This document shows positions 1 through 12,170 of a stretch of 64,000 nucleotides of DNA, piece after piece. Source of the stretch: Squalus acanthias (lineage: Eukaryota); the NCBI GenBank assembly GCA_030390025.1, contig CM059453.1, forward strand, positions 6,386,001-6,450,000, given 5' to 3'. A program made the translations under genes and the position numbers. Under the pieces are notes generated by a model. That model worked only from the letters and a program-made list of their open reading frames with translations. It was not told the origin of the DNA and did not search any database. Within the stretch, counting starts at the first letter, position 1. Each line of letters starts with the position of its first letter.

Positions 1-126
1 TCCTGAGGAAGGGGCGACAGCTCCGAAAGCTTGTAATTTTAAATAAATCAGTTGGACTATAACCTGGTGTTGTGCAACTTCTCATTTTTGTCCACCCCAG
101 TCCAACGCCGGCATCTCCGCATCATG
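1..126 (+). mobile_element. Penelope-like element terminal repeat fragment with hammerhead ribozyme core
   Basis: CTGAGGA-A-GGGGC(gaca)GCTCC-GAA-AGCT-T followed by aataaa/ggactataacctggtgttgtg. Same sequence as 18659-18745, which lies downstream of a GIY-YIG C-terminal fragment. Confidence 0.75.
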
Positions 127-133
127 ACCTCAG

Positions 134-861
134 TTGTACACGGTATTGGTGAGACGGCACCTGGCATACTGCATACAGTTTTGGTGTCCATACTTAAGAA
201 AATACATACTTGCTCTCGAGTCAGTACAAAGAAGGTTCACTCGGTTAATCCCGGGGATGAGGGGATGGACATATGAGGAGAGGTTGGGTAGATTGGGACT
301 CTACTCAATGGAGTTCAGAAGAATGAGAGGCGATCATATGGAAACATATAAGATTGTGAAGGGTTTGGATCGGGTGGATGCGGGGAGAATGTTCCCGATG
401 ATGTGTGAAACTAGAACTAGGGGGCATAGTCTTAGAATAAGGGGCTGCCCTTTCAAAACTGAGATGAGACGGAACTACTTCACTCAGTGGGTCGTAGGTC
501 CATGGAATATGCTGCCACAAAAAGCTGTAGAAGCTACATCATTACATAAATTTAAAACAGAAATAGACAGTTTCCTAGAAGTAAAGGGAATTAAGGGTTA
601 TGGGGAGCGGGCAGGAATTTGGACATGAGTCTAGTTTCGGATCGGTCATGGCCTTGTGGGTAGCAGAGCGGTCCCAGGGGCCGTGCAGCCTGATCCTGCT
701 CCTATTTCGTGTGTCCAATTCTGTTAGGTTCAGGAGAAGGTTCTGTGATAGTAGATTGGCGGTTAGTGTCAGGTCAGCCATGATCTTATTGAATGGCGGA
801 GCAGGCTCGAGGGGCCAATTGGCCTACTCCTGCTCCTATTTCTTATGTTCTTATGTTCTTA
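134..861 (+). mobile_element. CR1 LINE 3' fragment (ORF2 C-terminus, 3' UTR, tail)
   Basis: ORF 134-628 YCIQFWCPYLRK..RRMRGD..TRGHSLR..WNMLP is a typical CR1 ORF2 C-terminus. Ends in (ttcttatg)n. Confidence 0.95.
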
Positions 862-899
862 TACCCAACAATGACTTCGCGATTGGATTCTGATCTATT

Positions 900-1557
900 G
901 TTTTGGGTGGTTTATAAATAGAATAACGGATACCCGAGAGTGAGTAACAGGCTGGAATCTAATCGAGTGGTTTGGGGTGGTTATATATAGAATAACAGAT
1001 ACCAGGGAGTGAGTTAACGTCTGTAATCTAATCAAGGAGTTCGGAGGAGGGCGGGGTTATACAAAGAGTATCAGATAAGTGGGAGTGAGTTACAGGTAGG
1101 AATATAATCGAGGGGTGTCTGTGTGATTTGTATACAGAATAAGAGATACCTGGGAGTGATTTACAGGCTGGAATCTAATCGAGGGGTTTGGAGGAGTGTT
1201 TATCTATAGAATAACAGATACCCGGGCGTGAGTTACAGGCTGGAATCTAATCGAGGACTTCGGGGGAGGGGTAATATATAAAATAGCAGATAGTGGGGAA
1301 TGAGTTACAGATTGGAATCTTATCGAGGTTTTCTGGTGATTTATATAAAGATAAATATTTTTGAGTGAGTTACAGGCTGGAATCTAATCTAAGGGTTCGG
1401 AAGAGTTTGTATATATAGAATAACAGATACCCGGGAGTGAGTTACAGGCTGGATTCTAATCGAGGAGTCGGCTGGTTTATAGATAGAATAACGGATACTC
1501 GGTGAGTGTGTTACAAGCTGGATTCTAATCCAGGTGTTTGGGTGGTTTATATGTAGA
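900..1557. repeat. ~68-69 bp tandem minisatellite, ~9-10 degenerate copies
   Basis: Unit gagtgagttacaggctggaatctaatcgaggggttcggggggtttatatatagaataacagatacccgg. Confidence 0.92.
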
Positions 1558-1682
1558 AAGTGCTGCGCAACCAATGGTTTAACTATGGCCTAATTGCCTC
1601 GCTGGTTTATATCAGAGCTAACACATGCGGTCTGAAGGTGAAGTCTGCTCCAGTGGTAAAGGGTCCCATGCTTTATTCGCAG

Positions 1683-3240
1683 GTCTGTGCGAGGCTGGCA
1701 GCGGCCGCACTATCAATGACATCGACGATAAATGGAATGAAACAGCCAGTGAACCAATTCCTGATCATTGCCGCTTGACCCCTTTCCACCTGGTCACCGG
1801 GCCCGTATTTTGGCCGCGTAAGCCCAGGGTCAGGCACAACTGTGTGCACGGAGCCCACTGGCAACCAGAGCGCTGGAGTTAACAATTTCCACTGGATCCC
1901 AGTGAACAATTGAAAGCCCTATAAACGTGCGCTACCCAGATTCGAAATTAATCACGGGCGCTAACCTAAAACTGGCGTTATCGCATCGCAGGGAATTAAA
2001 CATTGGGCCAAAAATTGATCCCGCTTCGCGAGAGTACGCACTGCGTACTCTCGCGTATTCTCTCTCCAATTGCCGGTTTTCTGCATGCCCTGCGCATGCG
2101 CTGAAAACCGGCACTTGTTCTTTGGAAAAGGGGGCGGTTCGTCGGTGCATCGCGTGCGCGCTACAGGCTGCGCGCACGCTGTGCACTTAATGCTTTGGAC
2201 GCGCAGGTAAGTACGGAAGATTTTAGAAATGGTAAAAGGAGGAGTAAGACCCACTTTTAACAAGGTAAGTAGTGAATTAAGTATTTTTTTGATTTTTTTT
2301 TAACAGGTATATCTTTTTTAGAGACTTTAAAGACAGGTAAGTTTATTTTTATAACTTTTTAAAAGATTTTAAACTTTTTCAAAAATTTATTTTTTTATTT
2401 AAAATGGTTAATTTATTTAACTATACTTATTTTATTAATGTGATGTTTTTTTTTTAAATTTAATTGAGGTTTAGCTGTTATTTTGGGGGGGTGTAAGATT
2501 CATAGCTTTCACTGCACGTATGTGAAACTTATGAATGGAAGATGGTGTGCTGCCATTGGCTCTAACTGAGTCACGTGATCCCACAGCTCGCACGAATTCA
2601 CTACGCCAGTGGGATACGCAAGCACTGCCCAGCTGATGTCTGGAACATCAAGTTCGTGCGAGCTGGATCTGAAAAAGCCAACACGGAGTGAGAGATCGCG
2701 CCTGCTCCTTACCCCCGCGGGAACAGAGCGAGATCAATTTCTGGATTAAGAGGGCAATGTAACAGGCGGCCGTTCCGTTTTACGCTTCCGTCCAGGACTA
2801 ATCCTACTCCAACGTGTTCTGAAACGGAAGGATACAGAGGCAACTGAAAACAACAGTTAGTCAGTACTAAATAGAATTAGATCTCCCGTGTACTGACAGT
2901 GTGTCACGGAATTAAATACAGTGGACCCACCGCGACACCTGCTGGCCGTAGACAGAAACTGCACTTTCATATGAACACGCCATAATAACTATATTTGCAT
3001 GTCGCTAACACACAGAATGCAAAGATAAGAGAGACCAGAGTGAGTCTCCCTATCCCCGTATGTTGTGTTTCCCAACACTGATTCTGTTTAAATCGAAGCA
3101 GAAAACATTGGTATCGCTATACCAGGTGTTCTTTGTCTATTTGTACCCCGTGCGATTTCTGTATCTGTACCACGTGTCCTCTTTTAAACGCTGCACGTGT
3201 CACTGCTTGCCACTCGGAATAAGACCCGATTATTGCAACT
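1683..3240 (+). pseudogene. Putative heavily decayed V-Ig / Tyr-motif receptor pseudogene, copy A
   Basis: Acceptor ttcgcag then frame-broken ..HCRLTP..TGPVFWPRK.. / NQSA..HWI.. Also an exon-like GLILLQRVLKRKDTEATENN (2795-2855) and aataagacccgattattgca, which resembles the Siglec terminal exon. Confidence 0.35.
2005..2747. mobile_element. Non-autonomous DNA transposon (MITE), PIF/Harbinger-like
   Basis: TIR ggccaaaaattgatcccgct / agcgagatcaatttctgg, flanked by ATT. Absent from the paralogous site at ~15070. Confidence 0.75.
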
Positions 3241-4036
3241 CTTTGCTTCCTGTCTGCCAACCAGTTCTCTATCCGAGACTGTACCTTACCCCCAATCCCG
3301 TGTGCTTTAACTTTGCACGCTAATCTCTTATGCGGCTACTTATCGAAAGCCTTTTGACAGTCCAAATACACCACATCCATTGGTTCCCCCTTATCTGTTC
3401 TGCCAGTTACATCCTCAAAAAATTCCAAAAGATTAGTCAAGCATGATTTACCTTTTGTAAATCCATGTTGACTTTGTGCGATCCTGTCACTGTTTTCCAA
3501 GTGCTCTGCTATTACATCTTTTATAATGGACTCTAGCATTTTTCCCAATACCGATGTCAGACTTACCGGCCTATAATTCCCCATTTTCTCTCCAGCATCT
3601 TTTTTAAATAGTGGGGTTACATGAGCTATCCTCCAATCCATGGGAACTGTTCCAGAGTCTATGGAATTTTCGAAGATGACCAGCAATGCATCTACTATTT
3701 CTAGGGCCACTTCTTTAAGTACCCTAGGATGTAGATTATCAGGCCCTGGGGATTTATCGGCCTTCAATCCCGTCAATATCCCTAACACCATTTCCCTACA
3801 AATATTAATTTCATTCAATTCCTCCCTCTCATTAGATCCTATGTTCCCCGACATCTCTGGGAGTTTATTTGTGTCCTCCTTTGTGAAGATATAACCAAAG
3901 TAGGTATTTAATTTGTAGCCATTTCTTTGTTTCCCATTATATATTCCCCTGATTCAGACTGCAAGGGACCTACGCTTGACTTCAACAATCTTTTTCTTTT
4001 CACATATCTATAGAAGATTTTACAGTCAGTTTTTAT
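3240..4036 (-). mobile_element. CR1 LINE ORF2 internal fragment (RT N-part)
   Basis: ORF 3336-3854 KSPGPDNLHPRVLKE..NYRPVSLTS..QHGF..SCLTNLLEFF..KAFDK. Confidence 0.95.
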
Positions 4037-4399
4037 AATCTGGTCGCTTTGCGGACATCCTGTCGATGGAAGGTACAGCGCAAAGACCATTTGAACCACT
4101 TTGCAGTGAAAGCACAGGAAGCTTCAATTAGCTGACGGGAATCTTAAACGGAAAACATAGTGAAGCTTGAAAAGTTCCTGTGGGAATGCTTGTTGCTACT
4201 AGCAACATATCCTGTGTGTATTAGGTTGAAATATAGTAAAGGGTGGCGATTTACCAAGGTGACTCTTTGCTTCACTTCATGCTTCTTATCTGGTTGTCGT
4301 TTGAACACAATAATTTTATGACAATAAGCGTGCTTTTTTAATTTAACTGGGACTTTGGAATGTGTTACACTGTGCCGGCAAATAAGTTATTGTAAAAAA

Positions 4400-4872
4400 A
4401 ATACAAAAGCAAATGATTGCAGATCCTGGAAAGCTGAAATGAAATCAGAAAGTGCTGGAAATACTCAGCAGCTCCGGCAGCATCCGTGGAGAGAAACAGA
4501 GTTAACGTTTAAGGTCGGTGAATTTTCATGAGAACTGGAAGAGGTTAGAGATGTAACAGGTTTTGAGCAAGTGCAGAGGCAGGGAAAGGGGGAGGGGAGG
4601 AAAGAACAAGAGGGAAGTTCTGTGATACGGTGGACGGCAGTAAAGATTAAATGACAAAAAGGATGATGCGCGAGGTGAAAGTATATGGTATGAGACAAGA
4701 CAATAAACTAAAGATGGATTTAGAGGAGATGTAAATGGAAATAGCAGAATCATCAGCATCAGCTTCCGTCCGAAAAAATGCGGGCAAAGGTTATGAACTG
4801 AAATTGTGGAACTCAATGTTGAGTCCGGAAAGCTGTAAAGTGCCTAATAGAAGGTTGAGGTGCTGTTCCTCA
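4400..4872 (-). mobile_element. Penelope-like element 3' fragment (second family), degenerate hammerhead
   Basis: Paralog of 19690-20247. Core motifs are mutated (CTCATGA, TAAAC). Confidence 0.75.
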
Positions 4873-5169
4873 ATCTGCACGTAAAAAAGCTGGAATCTCA
4901 GCGTGTCGAAAAATACTTTAAGCATGAAGCTCATGTTGAATTAATTACAGAACACAAATATTTATAATTCCATCCTTTCAGAAGGATACCGATGGAATCA
5001 GAATAAATATTTATTAAAGTTTAGCTGCTATAGTGAACGAAGTGGTGGAAGTTGACAGAAAGGTGAAGGTTTTTTACACTGGGCTGGGAGAGTGTGCAAA
5101 TCTAACCCCAGAATCGACAGACAAAGCCAACGCTATCCAGCAGGGCAATTTACCAATATAATAGGGAGG

Positions 5170-6070
5170 GGACCCCTCCAGACACTTGAGCACAAATATC
5201 GAGGCTGACACTCCAGTGCAGTACTGAGGGAGCGCTGCACTGCCGGAGGGGCAGTATTGAGGGACCGCCGCACTGTCGGAGGGGCAGTACTGAGGGAGCG
5301 ATACACTGTCGGAGGGGCAGTTCTGAGGGAGCGCCACGCTGTTGGAGGGGCAGTACTGAGGAAGCACCGCACTGCAGGATGGACACTAATCGGGGAACTC
5401 TGCACTGTGGGAGCGCTGCACTGTCGGCGTGGCAGTCCTGAGGGAGCGCTGTATTGTCGGAGCACTGTACTGAGGGAGCGCTACACTATTGGAGGGTCAG
5501 TACTGAGGGTGTGATGCATTGTTGCAGCGCCAATACTGAGGGAGCGCCGCACTGTCGGAGGGAAAGTACTGAGAGCGCGCTGCACTTTTGGAGCGGAAGT
5601 ACTGAGGGAGCGCTGCACTGTCGGAGAGGCAGTACTGAGGGAGCGCTGCACTCTCGGAGGGGCAGTACTAAGGGAGCGCTGCACTGTCGGTTGGGCAGTA
5701 CTGAGGGATTGCTGCACTGTCGGAGGGACAGTACTGCGGTAGTGCTGCACTGTCGAAGTGCGGTTTTTTCAGATGAGACGTTAAAGCAAGGTCCGTCTGC
5801 CTCACAGGTGGACGTAAAAGATCCCATTACCACTATTTCGAAGAAGAGCAGGAGAATTATCCCGGTGTCATGGAAACAATATTTATCCTCAATCAACATC
5901 ACAAAAACAGATGGATATGGTCATTATCAAATTGGTGTTTTTGGAGCTGCTTGCGCAAATTTGCTGCACGATTCCTAATTAAACAGTGACCACACTTCAA
6001 AGTATTCATTGGTTGTAAAGCACTTTGGGACGCCCTAAATGGCGCTATAGGAAAAGGCAAGTCTTTCTCG
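5170..6070 (+). mobile_element. Deu-type (SacSINE1-like) SINE with an internal 33-bp tandem expansion (~17 units, 5217-5765)
   Basis: SINE body matches 10620-11085. Repeated unit agtactgagggagcgctgcactgtcggaggggc. Confidence 0.85.
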
Positions 6071-6882
6071 TTTTTTTGTTTCCGAAATGAAATAAAACGT
6101 TCGAAATGGGAAAATAGTTATTTTTTTATTAAAGCAGATAAAAAAGTTTTAAAATTACATTGAACATTCACGCTCTCTTCCCTGGCACCGTTTCGGAAGT
6201 ATGTTTGGAGTGTACAATCTAGGGAATGTAATCAAATCGTCTCACAAAGAGATTTTAAAATTTTAGCTCGTACTCTCGGAAGATATCCATTATCACAGCA
6301 CTTCTGGAGTGCGAGGTTCTGTTCGATATCATAAAAAAACAATTGTGTGAAGATATTGACCTGTTCCTTCTGTCAGAATAGGGTGAATGCCGCTGATTTT
6401 AATTTGCTTTTAATTGCGGCTTATTCACTGGAATCCTCGTGCTGGAGATATCGCTCCTGCTTTCGAAAGTTTGAAACACTGACAGCTGCATACAGGACCT
6501 CTTCACTTTGAGCTGACTGATTTGAAGGAGCCCCTCTCACACTAGTGCTTCTCTATTTGTCTTGTCTCTGCAACAAAAAGTAGCGCGTTAGATGTGGAGC
6601 TACTGAACCGGGTGAGATTGTGCTTACTGTACCAGAATAACCCGCTTTTTTCCATCACTGCCACCATTCTAATTGTCCTATTCAGCTCCTTCTGCCTCGA
6701 AAATGAATCATTGGGCTTCCGCTGGCCCCAAGTACCGGCGCGCCAAGAGTATTGGCCCTCCTCAACACTTAGCCGACTGATTTAGATAGCGCCGCGAAAG
6801 TTCAGAGGAGCGGTACCAAACAACATTTGTGACCGACCATTTATGTCCCTTTCAAAAATTAATAGGTTCAAATAACACTTAC

Positions 6883-7141
6883 ATTGTACAGAAATCTGAT
6901 TGGAGCTGTATGCGGTTCTGCCCCCGATATTTTCAGCAACGCACCAATACTCCCCCTCATCTTCAGAACTAATGCTGTGAAATATCTGCTTTAGTTCACG
7001 GTGGAAGACCTGCTGATTCTGTACAATCTCGGAGCAATGATAAACTGACCGGTGGGTTCCCCATGGCGGTCTCAGTATAGTAATAATGAACTTCCTTCCA
7101 CTGTTACTATTGAGGAATGAGTCTTGGTATCCTCAGTGCAA
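6883..7141 (-). pseudogene. Siglec-like C2-set Ig pseudo-exon (paralog of 22748-23005)
   Basis: Near-identical to 22748-23005 (..EDEGEYWCVAEN..QISVQ|gtaagt) with extra indels. Confidence 0.85.
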
Positions 7142-7494
7142 CTGAAACACCCAAGATCATTGGTGTTATCGGAAAATGTCGGAGCAGAGGTTTAAAAAAC
7201 AATCGGTTGTCAACCAAATAAGAATATTAAAGCAGATATGGTGGTTATATTGTCAACTGTAAATTTAAAAGCCAGCTTGAGATTATTGATGTTCNNNNNN
7301 NNNNNNNNNNNNNNNNNNNNNNNNNNNNNNNNNNNNNNNNNNNNNNNNNNNNNNNNNNNNNNNNNNNNNNNNNNNNNNNNNNNNNNNNNNNNNNNNNNNN
7401 NNNNNNNNNNNNNNNNNNNNNNNNNNNNNNNNNNNNNNNNNNNNNNNNNNNNNNNNNNNNNNNNNNNNNNNNNNNNNNNNNNNNNNNNNNNNNN

Positions 7495-8032
7495 GCCGAA
7501 CCAATGGAATAAGGGAATCCCACTTCACACCTTTGAAAGTTCCGTACGCACAGAACTGTCAAAAATATGAATGGGGATGACTAAAAAAATGCACCAACAC
7601 ACTGAAATAAATAAAGAAAAAACATTACATATATAACATTAATTGAAAAGCCATTTATTTAAATATATTAAGCAAAAATTTAATTTTTTGAAAAATATAT
7701 TTAAATGTTTTAAATTGGCTAAAAATAACCTTATCTTTTTGCACTGGTTAGTTAATGTTGAAATGATTGGAAGAAAAATTATGTTATTTTAAACTCTTCT
7801 GCTGGTAAAAATTATTTGGACTTTCAGCGGGCGGAAGTTGTGCAAAAAGCGTAACTTTCCACCGCAGAGGCCCATCTTCCGGGGATGCGGAGGATCTGTC
7901 CAGAATATTCTTGACAGATAGCAAGTGCCAGGTATTAGCGCATGCCCTTCGCATGCCTAAACTCGGCACGTGCGCGGCCCCTACGGGTGCGGACACCTGG
8001 TGCGTACCAGTAGGGATCGCAAAATTCGGCCC
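7495..8032. mobile_element. Harbinger-like MITE, left end lost in the gap
   Basis: Ends cgcaaaattcggcccc. AT-rich core and gcgcatgc motif as in the other MITEs. Confidence 0.55.
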
Positions 8033-8140
8033 CTAAACTTTACTTGCTGGTGCGCCTAAAAATCGGACCCTAATTTAAAAGATCCATAATTATGCGCTTA
8101 GACGAGTTCTGGCGAGAGATCCAAATAATTTTAATTTGTC

Positions 8141-9610
8141 AGCCCTGGAATTGCGGTGTCTGAGATGGCAGAGTATGCCGTCGTAATCCCTTTGAGATGC
8201 GCTGTAATTCCAGATTTCTGGAACTTGCGGCCTGTTAACCTAACTATTGACAGGCCATCCGCAGGGGCTCTGATGCAGCAATCGCTGACGCTGAGTTGGG
8301 CTATTTGCCGAGCGACTGGCCAGCAATTGCCCACGTAAGTCTTACAGTTGAAGCAAGTAGGTAAGGGTCTGTTTACATCAGCGTAAGGACATATCTAAGG
8401 CTTAAATAAAACATTTAAAAATCCAAATTTTATGCACATACATTATATTAAATGTGTTTATGCAAATATAGGCCCGATTACAGTTTTAAAGATGTATGAA
8501 ATTTGTATCAAAAAATAATTTTTATTGGCCCTGAATTTGCGGTCGGAGGCGCACTTCCGGAGTACACCTCCCACCTGTGAAATATTTCCGAACTTACCCC
8601 ATGGCTCCACAGCTAAGGAGAATTCGGATCCTGGGCCTCCCAGCGTACGCATGCTAAAGGCTCATGGATCTCAGGGACGCAGACGGCCCGGAAGCGTCCC
8701 TGGGATCACGTAGGCCGGGTCCTCCAATGAGAATGGGGGATTCCATTGCAGTCATTTACGAAGGGAATCCACTAAGGATATGCAAGGGAATTCATAAATA
8801 ATGATACAATTCAGACAACTCTAATAAATTGATTTGAAATTTCCTGAATCACACCAAATGCAATGAAAATGTATTTTTTTGAAAAATAATTTTAAACATT
8901 TTAAGTTGGACCAATATTTGCATAAACTAATTTTAAGTGTTTGTGCATAATTTTTTTTATTCTTGAATCAAGATTTATATTATCCGCTGCGCTAGTGAAA
9001 GCAGGCCCGATGCCTGCATTTTACAGCCATCTGTGTTTCGTGGTCAATTGCTGTGCAGTAGTTGGGCAAATAGCCTAACTGTGCGCCAGCGAAGGTGATT
9101 TATCTGTCGTTTCTTTAGATCTGTCCAGGCGTACCTTGACAGTTCGCAAGTTCCGCGTTTGCGCGCATGCGCAACACATTTGTAGACCCGGAATTTGCGG
9201 GGTCCAAACTGAAGGATTAGGATGGCATAGGCTGAGCGTATGCCGTCAAAGACATCATAAATTCTGGCCCATTGAGTTTGGTGGAATGAAGGTAATTATG
9301 AATAAAATTCAAATTCTGATAATTGTGTAAGTTTTACATTTGGGATTGCACTGCATGTCAATAGGGGATTCCCGTCGTGAATGACTGCAATGTAATTCTC
9401 CTTTGTCATTGGAGGACCAGGCCCATGTGATCCCAGGTACGCTTCCGCATCGCCTGTGTCCCTGGGATCCGTGGGCCATTAGGCTGCCCTCCGACACGAG
9501 GCCTGAGACCGCATCTTTTCGCAGCCTGGCCGCCAGCAGGTAATTTCGTAATTGTTTGGCGGGTCGGAGGCGTACTCTGGAGGTACGCCTCTGACCTCAA
9601 TTTCCAGCCC
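8141..9610. mobile_element. Harbinger-like MITE (outer element) containing a nested relative
   Basis: Ends gccctggaattgcgg / cctcaatttccagccc. Absent from the paralogous site ~40395. Confidence 0.6.
8527..9270. mobile_element. Harbinger-like MITE nested in the opposite orientation
   Basis: ATT-ggccctgaattt ... aaattctggccc-ATT (3-bp TSD). Confidence 0.7.
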
Positions 9611-10619
9611 ATCATTTATTTGGACATTTTTGATTTGAGCCCCCAATGTGCATCTGGGCAAAAAAAATCACAGGACCTGTCAATCTGTTTTCCACTCACT
9701 CCCGACAGACAACACGTGAATTTCTGCTAGATTTTATTGAAGATTTAATTGGCTCCAATCAGGCTCCGCCCGCAAAGCTGGCCGTGCATCAGGGTGAAAT
9801 TGTGAGATTCGGCCAAAGGCAGTACAAGATATCATGGAAATTTAAACGTAAGTCAGCTACATGCAGGACCACTTACGCTCATGTTTTCCATCGTCTTTTA
9901 CGCTGTTTCAAGATTTCATTTGCCCCAATCAGGCTCCACCCAGAAAACTGGCCTTGCCCCCAGGGCGAAATCGCGAGATTGCGGTGGTTCTGGAATGAGC
10001 TTAAAATTGCGTTCATCTTCTTTGGTGTACAGGCAGTAGTCGGCATATTTTAAAAGTTTCCTCATAACAAAAATATTTAATTTTGAAGAAAACGACAAGA
10101 CCAGTAAACTATTAAATGTTTCAGTATCATATTTTCAGTCATTTTAAATCAGGTTACTCACAGGTGGAAGTCTGGTCACCCGTACGAAATAAGTTTACTT
10201 TTACTGATGAATCCATATTTACCTGTATTCATAAAACTGCACCAGTTGACATTCTTAAAAGGAATTATATTTGATGGCAAAACAACTAATAATTCCATTC
10301 TAGTACGATGCCCAATTGTGCTGGTTCATGTATGATCTTACGTTTGTGATCTGCAAATGAATTTTAGCGGAAACCTGAAGCCTAACGTAAGCAGCGCAAT
10401 TTTAAGTGCAACATTTCCTCTTTGGGCGTAATCTGGAAATTGCGACCGAATACGCTTCAAATTGCGCTGGTTAGGTTAAGTATTTCCATATGTCAATGAT
10501 TAATTCCTATCTCCACCTATATACCGGAAATACCTTATGGAAAGATGAATCACTGTAATTATACCCTGCTGGGATTAGTGGGACTGCAGTGCTTCAACTT
10601 CCGGGAGGGTGCAATTGCA

Positions 10620-11088
10620 GTGTCAGCTGTGGCTCAGTTGGTAGCCCACTCGTCTCTGAATTAGAAGGTTGTGGATTCAAGTCTCACTCCAGGGCACTTG
10701 AGCACCTAAAGCTAGGCTGACACTCCAGTGCAGTGCTGAAGGAGTGCTGCACTGTCGGAGGTGCCGTCTTTCGGATGAGACTTTAAACCGAGGCCCCGTC
10801 TGCTCTCTCAGGTGGATGTAAAAGATCCTATGGCACTATTTCGAAGAGTGGCAGGGGAGTTATCGCCGGTGTCTTGGCCAATATTTATCCCTCAAGCGAC
10901 GTAACAAAAACAGATTATCTGTTCATTATCACATTGCTGTTTGTGGGAGCTTGCTGTGCGCAAATTGGCTGCCGCTTTTCCCACGTTACAACAGTGACTA
11001 CACTCCAAAAGTACTTCATTGACTCCAAAGCGGTTTGAGACGTCCGGTAGTCGTGTAAGGCGCTATATAAATGCAAGTCTTCCTTTTT
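10620..11088 (+). mobile_element. Full-length tRNA-derived Deu-type (SacSINE1-like) SINE
   Basis: A box tggctcagttgg, B box ggattcaagtc, conserved core, tail ggcgctatataaatgcaagtc. Absent at paralogous ~41375. Confidence 0.88.
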
Positions 11089-11869
11089 TTGACTTCACAC
11101 AGACAGGTCTCATTAGAAATGAGGGCAAAGTTTGACTGGAATTGCATCAGATGCATTTTTTTGAAACTTTATTAGTCTATCTTCCCAGTCACACGACGCG
11201 TGGCAGGTCAGAGAGTGTGGTCACCATTACCTGTCTCTGAGGACTTCTCATTGCCATTTTGCACCCTCTATTTCCTCTTTCGCTTCTCTCCCTCTCTCGT
11301 TCAATCGTTCTCTGATCCCTTGTGCTTCTCACCCATTAACTCTTTCCACTTCTGTCTCGCCCCCGTCTAACTCTCTGTATTTCTGTAACTTTCTTATGTC
11401 CTTTCAGTGTCACTGCTATTACATGGTCCGGTGCGGAAAGGAGTCACCAATGCCTGTATTTTGAATTTGTCCTGACAATTCAGGCAAAATGCGGTGACAA
11501 CAACTTCCTTCCCACCTGTTCCCCAATCATTTATGCTTCCCCAATCTCCTCAATCCAATTACATCGCCTACTCCATCACCTTCTCACAACTCCCTCACTT
11601 TGCTATATTAGCCACACTACTAGAAATAAACATACCTCATTCAACTTCCACTTGCTCCTTTAGTAACCGACCCTTCACTAGAATAGTTTGTCATAAGGGT
11701 AAAACCAGAGCTCCTTTTCTAGCAAATTGTTTCCCCGGTCTCATTTCCCTCATGTTCCTCTTTTGCCCCTCAAAGATGCACAGTTCGATTTCCAAATAAA
11801 ACATTTTTTTATGAAAGCAAATTACCTTACAGTATTGAAGTAAACCAGACAGACAGCCGATGATAGATA

Positions 11870-11885
11870 ATTAGATACAGGGATA

Positions 11886-11920
<35 letters not shown>

Positions 11921-12170
11921 ATAGATAGATAGATAGATAGATCGATAGTCACAACAGCAAAGAAGGTGGGCATTCGGTCCATGGAATCCATTCCGGAAAA
12001 GTCGTCCCAGCTTTCGGGGAATTGAACCACGGTCTCCCACGGAACAGGCGTGGATACTCTCTACTACACTAACGAGAAAAATGACAGATAGATAGACAGA
12101 GAGAGAGACAGAGCGAGAGACAGAGAGACAGAGAGAGAGAGACAGACAGACAGGCAGACACAGCCTGGCN
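11870..12170. repeat. (GA)n/(GATA)n/(GACA)n microsatellites
   Basis: Directly visible. Confidence 0.95.
11941..12078 (-). pseudogene. tRNA-Asp-derived pseudogene / short SINE with a CR1-like tail
   Basis: Reverse strand tctcgttagtgtagtagagagtatccacgcctgttccgtgggagaccgtggttcaattccccga aligns to vertebrate tRNA-Asp(GTC). Followed by ggaccgaatgcccaccttctttgctgt. Confidence 0.75.

Larger units (their letters stand above)
866..7294. repeat. Segmental duplication unit A (paralog of 14140-23155)
   Basis: Both copies start acaatgacttcgcgattggattctgat and share the same order: satellite, unique DNA, Penelope fragment, SINE, Ig exon. Confidence 0.9.
8040..12170. repeat. Segment paralogous to 40300-43900
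   Basis: Colinear matches, e.g. gaccacttacgctca, ataccggaaataccttatg, ggtgcggaaagga, each followed by GA/GATA microsatellites. Confidence 0.85.

Noticed and set aside
900-1557. Regularly spaced repeats as a CRISPR array (also 14165-14665)
   Set aside because: Contiguous tandem units without unique spacers, eukaryotic context, no cas genes.
5074-5978. Overlapping repetitive ORFs (STAPPTVQRSL etc.)
   Set aside because: Artefact of the 33-bp SINE-internal repeat, which is open in several frames.
12007-12078. Functional tRNA gene
   Set aside because: D-loop GG lost, acceptor and T stems mismatched, anticodon loop altered.
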